Source: an uncultured bacterium (lineage in GTDB: Bacteria > Hydrogenedentota > Hydrogenedentia > Hydrogenedentales > JAEUWI01). From it: 16,114 nt of DNA. A program made the translations under genes and the position numbers. Positions 13,297 through 16,114 of this stretch are shown one piece after another; positions within the stretch are counted from its first letter, which is position 1; each line of letters opens with the position of its first letter. The stretch is from assembly GCA_963977445.1 (NCBI GenBank), contig CAXBPH010000155.1, forward strand, positions 1 through 16,114, read 5' to 3'. The notes below the pieces were generated by a model, which ran no database searches, was not told where the DNA came from, and saw only the letters and a list, made by a program, of their open reading frames with translations.

Positions 13297-15843
13297 CTAT
13301 TGAGCGGGTGCCTGCGCAAATTGCACGGGGTCGTAGGGAAGCTGGACCCCTTGCCACGTGGAAACGGGTATGCGCCATAACGAATACTCGGCGTGATAGC
13401 GCATGGGCAAGCGGCGCGGTATGGCAGCAACCAGCGCCACAAGGGCTTCTTCGCCCTCCCAGGCAAAATCCACTATCTCCCCCGGCAGGGAAATATAGAC
13501 CGGCTCCCGCGTCTCCCGAGAGACAGCACGCATCAAGCCCGCGGGATCAACCCACGCGGCGAGCGCGCCCTGTCCGCTGATACGAGAGCGAAGTACTTGA
13601 TAGTTACGGTGAAGCACCACGGTACGGGTATTGTCGTCTACCGAAAACTGAACGAGATCACCTTCCCGCTCAAAATACATCAAAGCCCGTTCATCGGCAA
13701 TCCAGCCGATAGAACCCGCGACATGTACCCCGTCGCGCAGTAGCGCGGTACGCCCTTCTCCGCCATGTTGGAGAATAAGATGACCATTGTCCCCTGCGAT
13801 CACGACATCGCCGCTCACCTTGTCGATAGCCGCAGGAAAGGGACGCCTGCTCCCTGGAATTGCTTCGCCCCGGTCCAGGTCGGAGACAGCAATCGCATCG
13901 CCCTTATCCATCATCAAGGTCGACTCGTTCCACCCCAGAAGCACGTCATCCGTTGGGGGCAATGTAGACCAGGCTCCTTGCGACCACAATGCCAGAGCAT
14001 CGCTTTGAACGGCCAATTGCCGCCCCTCACCATCCCACTGCAGCCACTGTGGCGATACGGTGCCCATGTCGAGACTGTATTCTGGCGCTTTGTCCATTCG
14101 GGAGAATATGGCAATCTGAGGTTTGGAAGCGGCCCCCCACTCCTCCTCTCGAAGCAGTGCTATCCGTCCGTTAGAAGCAACCGCCATTTTCACAGGCCAC
14201 TCGGTCGGCGGCCACATGTTGTTTGCCCGGCGCATATCCCCAAGCTCGAATTCGGGATCCAGGACCACCCGTTGCAGGGTGCCCTCCAGGGGCAGGGTAA
14301 CGGTATCACTGTGCCCACCGGGGAGCACTTCGTGCTCGTGATAGCCGGTCTCGGTAACAATACCTAGTTTAATGGGGACATAGGAGGGAATATCGCCCAT
14401 GTTCTCGATGGATACGTGGATACGGTTTTCCTCGGTCACCACGTCCGCAATACGGTAGTCAAAGGTTCCGGGTCGGTCAAACCAGACCCGCACGAGTTCG
14501 TCCAGGGGCACCTCAGACGCCAGTGTAATTTCATGGAGCAGTGCACCGAAGGAGATCGTAGTGTAGCGGTGCACCGACATGAGGTTTTTGGTGGCACGGT
14601 CAAAGGCATCCTGCCCGGCATAGGCCGCTATCGTAGCGGCGATATAGGCACCGCGAACACGGAGCAGATCCTGGCCGTACCCTTCTCCCGGACTCAGTCG
14701 TTGATTGAGGTTGCAGGTTTTCATGGGCACATCGATACGGGGCGGACAGGATTGAAGCTCAATATAACGCAGGTAGGAACGACGGCCTTTTACGGAAAGC
14801 AGGGTCTGCCAGGCGCTGTATTCGGCGAGGCCCGACACGAGCCATTCACCCGCCTCGGGCCGGGTGCTGTACCAACGTCCCGAAACCGTGTCGCCCCACC
14901 AATTGCGGGCCACCTGGCTGGCAAGTTCAACGAAGTAGGTGTCGCTATCGGTTGCGACACCGGCACTACCAAAGAGTAAGGGGCCACCGGCATGGACCGT
15001 GTGTTCCATCTGGTCGCTGAGAACCAGACTGAGTTGCTGAAATCCGTCAGAGCCCAGCGAGGCACTGAGAAAGTTAACGGCATCGCCCATCGCGCTCAAG
15101 CATCGGTCGGAATCGTCTTTGTTGATTGACTTTCCGTAGACATTGCACCGAACACTCCCCTGAATACGTGTACGCCGTTCATAGGCCCCCAGCGCGAGGC
15201 CTGCGGCGAGGATGGGGCGCACTTCTTCCCACTCGACCACGCGTTTTCCGTCGACCACTTCATCCTGGAGCAACTTGCCACTCCAGACGACTTGCAACTC
15301 CTCGGGGACGGTCACTTTCGCGGTAAAGGAGGCGAAGTTCTTCAGGTCGACGGGATACCAGAACTGGAGTTTGTCGATGAGTACTTCATCTCGTTCGACG
15401 ACCAGGGTAGATGCATTGGCTTCCACCGGCCGGCCACTGTATTGGATGCGCACATCGCACGCCCGTGTATCGGGCGGGAGGGTCAGGCGAACCCGTTCCC
15501 GGTATCTATCCGTCCGGACCGTCGTTTCTCCGGTGGTGACCGAATCAATCGACAAGCCTGGATTCAGGAGAAAGAAAACCTCCCCCCCATTGCCGCCTGG
15601 TGCCGAAACGCTCAGGGTGGCATCCCCGACAAGCCTACCTTGCTCCGGCACCACTTCGAGGGCAACTTTCGTGGCCCCAATCACCTGGGTTTCCAGATAG
15701 GGATCCAGTTGTTGCCAGGAGAGCGTAAACGCCCAAGGACCATAGCCGCCGCCCCACCCCTGCATCACACCGTAACCCAGTGCGGCAAGGCCTGCCAATA
15801 CAGGCAAGAACAAGATGAGGATGAAGCGACGCAATCGTGACAT
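13297..15843 (-). CDS. M1-family aminopeptidase-like protein lacking catalytic residues, with an N-terminal membrane anchor and a C-terminal TolB-like propeller
   Basis: M1 scaffold motifs: FLLNPGLSIDSV, WYP...F...VTVPEEL.VVWSG, NWWGDTV, WL.SGLAEY, RGA, G.DAF, LDELVRVWFDRPG and VVLDPE...D..RANN. HEXXH is replaced by SQVAR. Confidence 0.85.
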   Translation of the reverse strand: MSRLRRFILILFLPVLAGLAALGYGVMQGWGGGYGPWAFTLSWQQLDPYLETQVIGATKVALEVVPEQGRLVGDATLSVSAPGGNGGEVFFLLNPGLSIDSVTTGETTVRTDRYRERVRLTLPPDTRACDVRIQYSGRPVEANASTLVVERDEVLIDKLQFWYPVDLKNFASFTAKVTVPEELQVVWSGKLLQDEVVDGKRVVEWEEVRPILAAGLALGAYERRTRIQGSVRCNVYGKSINKDDSDRCLSAMGDAVNFLSASLGSDGFQQLSLVLSDQMEHTVHAGGPLLFGSAGVATDSDTYFVELASQVARNWWGDTVSGRWYSTRPEAGEWLVSGLAEYSAWQTLLSVKGRRSYLRYIELQSCPPRIDVPMKTCNLNQRLSPGEGYGQDLLRVRGAYIAATIAAYAGQDAFDRATKNLMSVHRYTTISFGALLHEITLASEVPLDELVRVWFDRPGTFDYRIADVVTEENRIHVSIENMGDIPSYVPIKLGIVTETGYHEHEVLPGGHSDTVTLPLEGTLQRVVLDPEFELGDMRRANNMWPPTEWPVKMAVASNGRIALLREEEWGAASKPQIAIFSRMDKAPEYSLDMGTVSPQWLQWDGEGRQLAVQSDALALWSQGAWSTLPPTDDVLLGWNESTLMMDKGDAIAVSDLDRGEAIPGSRRPFPAAIDKVSGDVVIAGDNGHLILQHGGEGRTALLRDGVHVAGSIGWIADERALMYFEREGDLVQFSVDDNTRTVVLHRNYQVLRSRISGQGALAAWVDPAGLMRAVSRETREPVYISLPGEIVDFAWEGEEALVALVAAIPRRLPMRYHAEYSLWRIPVSTWQGVQLPYDPVQFAQAPAQ

Positions 15844-16114
15844 TAGACTGGCCGATTGTAGATTTTCTCAGGGCCAGCGTAGGGGTCGAACATCGTTATG
15901 CCTTCTTCGTTAAAGACTGCGGTCACCGGCGCACCTTTTCCCGCTTCAATATAGGTTTGATTCCTGAGCACCACGGCACGGGCCGCGTGAACAATCAATA
16001 CCGACTGGCGAGCCTCATCCACATTGGGATACCCGGCCTTAACGTCATCGAGGGACTTTTCGAGAAACTTCATTTCTGCTACTTTCTCGATACAAACCAC
16101 GAGGCTGTCCACGC
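15843..16114 (-). CDS. Hypothetical protein, C-terminal part (start lies outside the window)
   Basis: The frame is open from the window edge to a TAA that overlaps the next ATG (TAATG). No recognisable family. Confidence 0.7.
   Translation of the reverse strand, partial: VDSLVVCIEKVAEMKFLEKSLDDVKAGYPNVDEARQSVLIVHAARAVVLRNQTYIEAGKGAPVTAVFNEEGITMFDPYAGPEKIYNRPV

Noticed and set aside
1181..15840. Long antisense or alternate-frame ORFs (e.g. 2459..3127, 5031..5723, 9159..9905, 13765..14367, 14416..14979, 15292..15840)
   Set aside because: They are shadow ORFs of well-supported genes, expected from codon bias in GC-rich DNA, and have no recognisable motifs.

Overview
Bacterial chromosomal window, moderately GC-rich. 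The gene content is typical of Planctomycetota/Hydrogenedentota-like environmental bacteria (inference from protein families only). The left minus-strand run, in transcription order, is a DUF4034-like/TPR membrane protein, a PhyH-type Fe(II)/2OG dioxygenase, a frameshifted PQQ-like beta-propeller gene and the 5' part of a Zn-dependent alcohol dehydrogenase that the ORF track missed. The plus strand then carries a secreted propeller plus helical-barrel protein, a 70-aa membrane microprotein and a GT2-methyltransferase fusion. Next come a ~335-bp transposase-less IS200/IS605-like palindromic element with nested REP-like repeats, an SLC13/DASS-TrkA_C transporter (-), a secreted GH99-like multidomain protein (+), an M1-aminopeptidase-like protein that has lost its catalytic residues (-) and a truncated hypothetical gene coupled to it. 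I found no rRNA, tRNA, CRISPR array or phage genes, and cannot support a wholly new multi-gene system. The best leads are the M1 pseudo-peptidase, the Lys-substituted DASS ion site, the nested non-autonomous element and the microprotein/GT2-MTase unit. All family assignments come from motif recognition by eye; no database searches were run.
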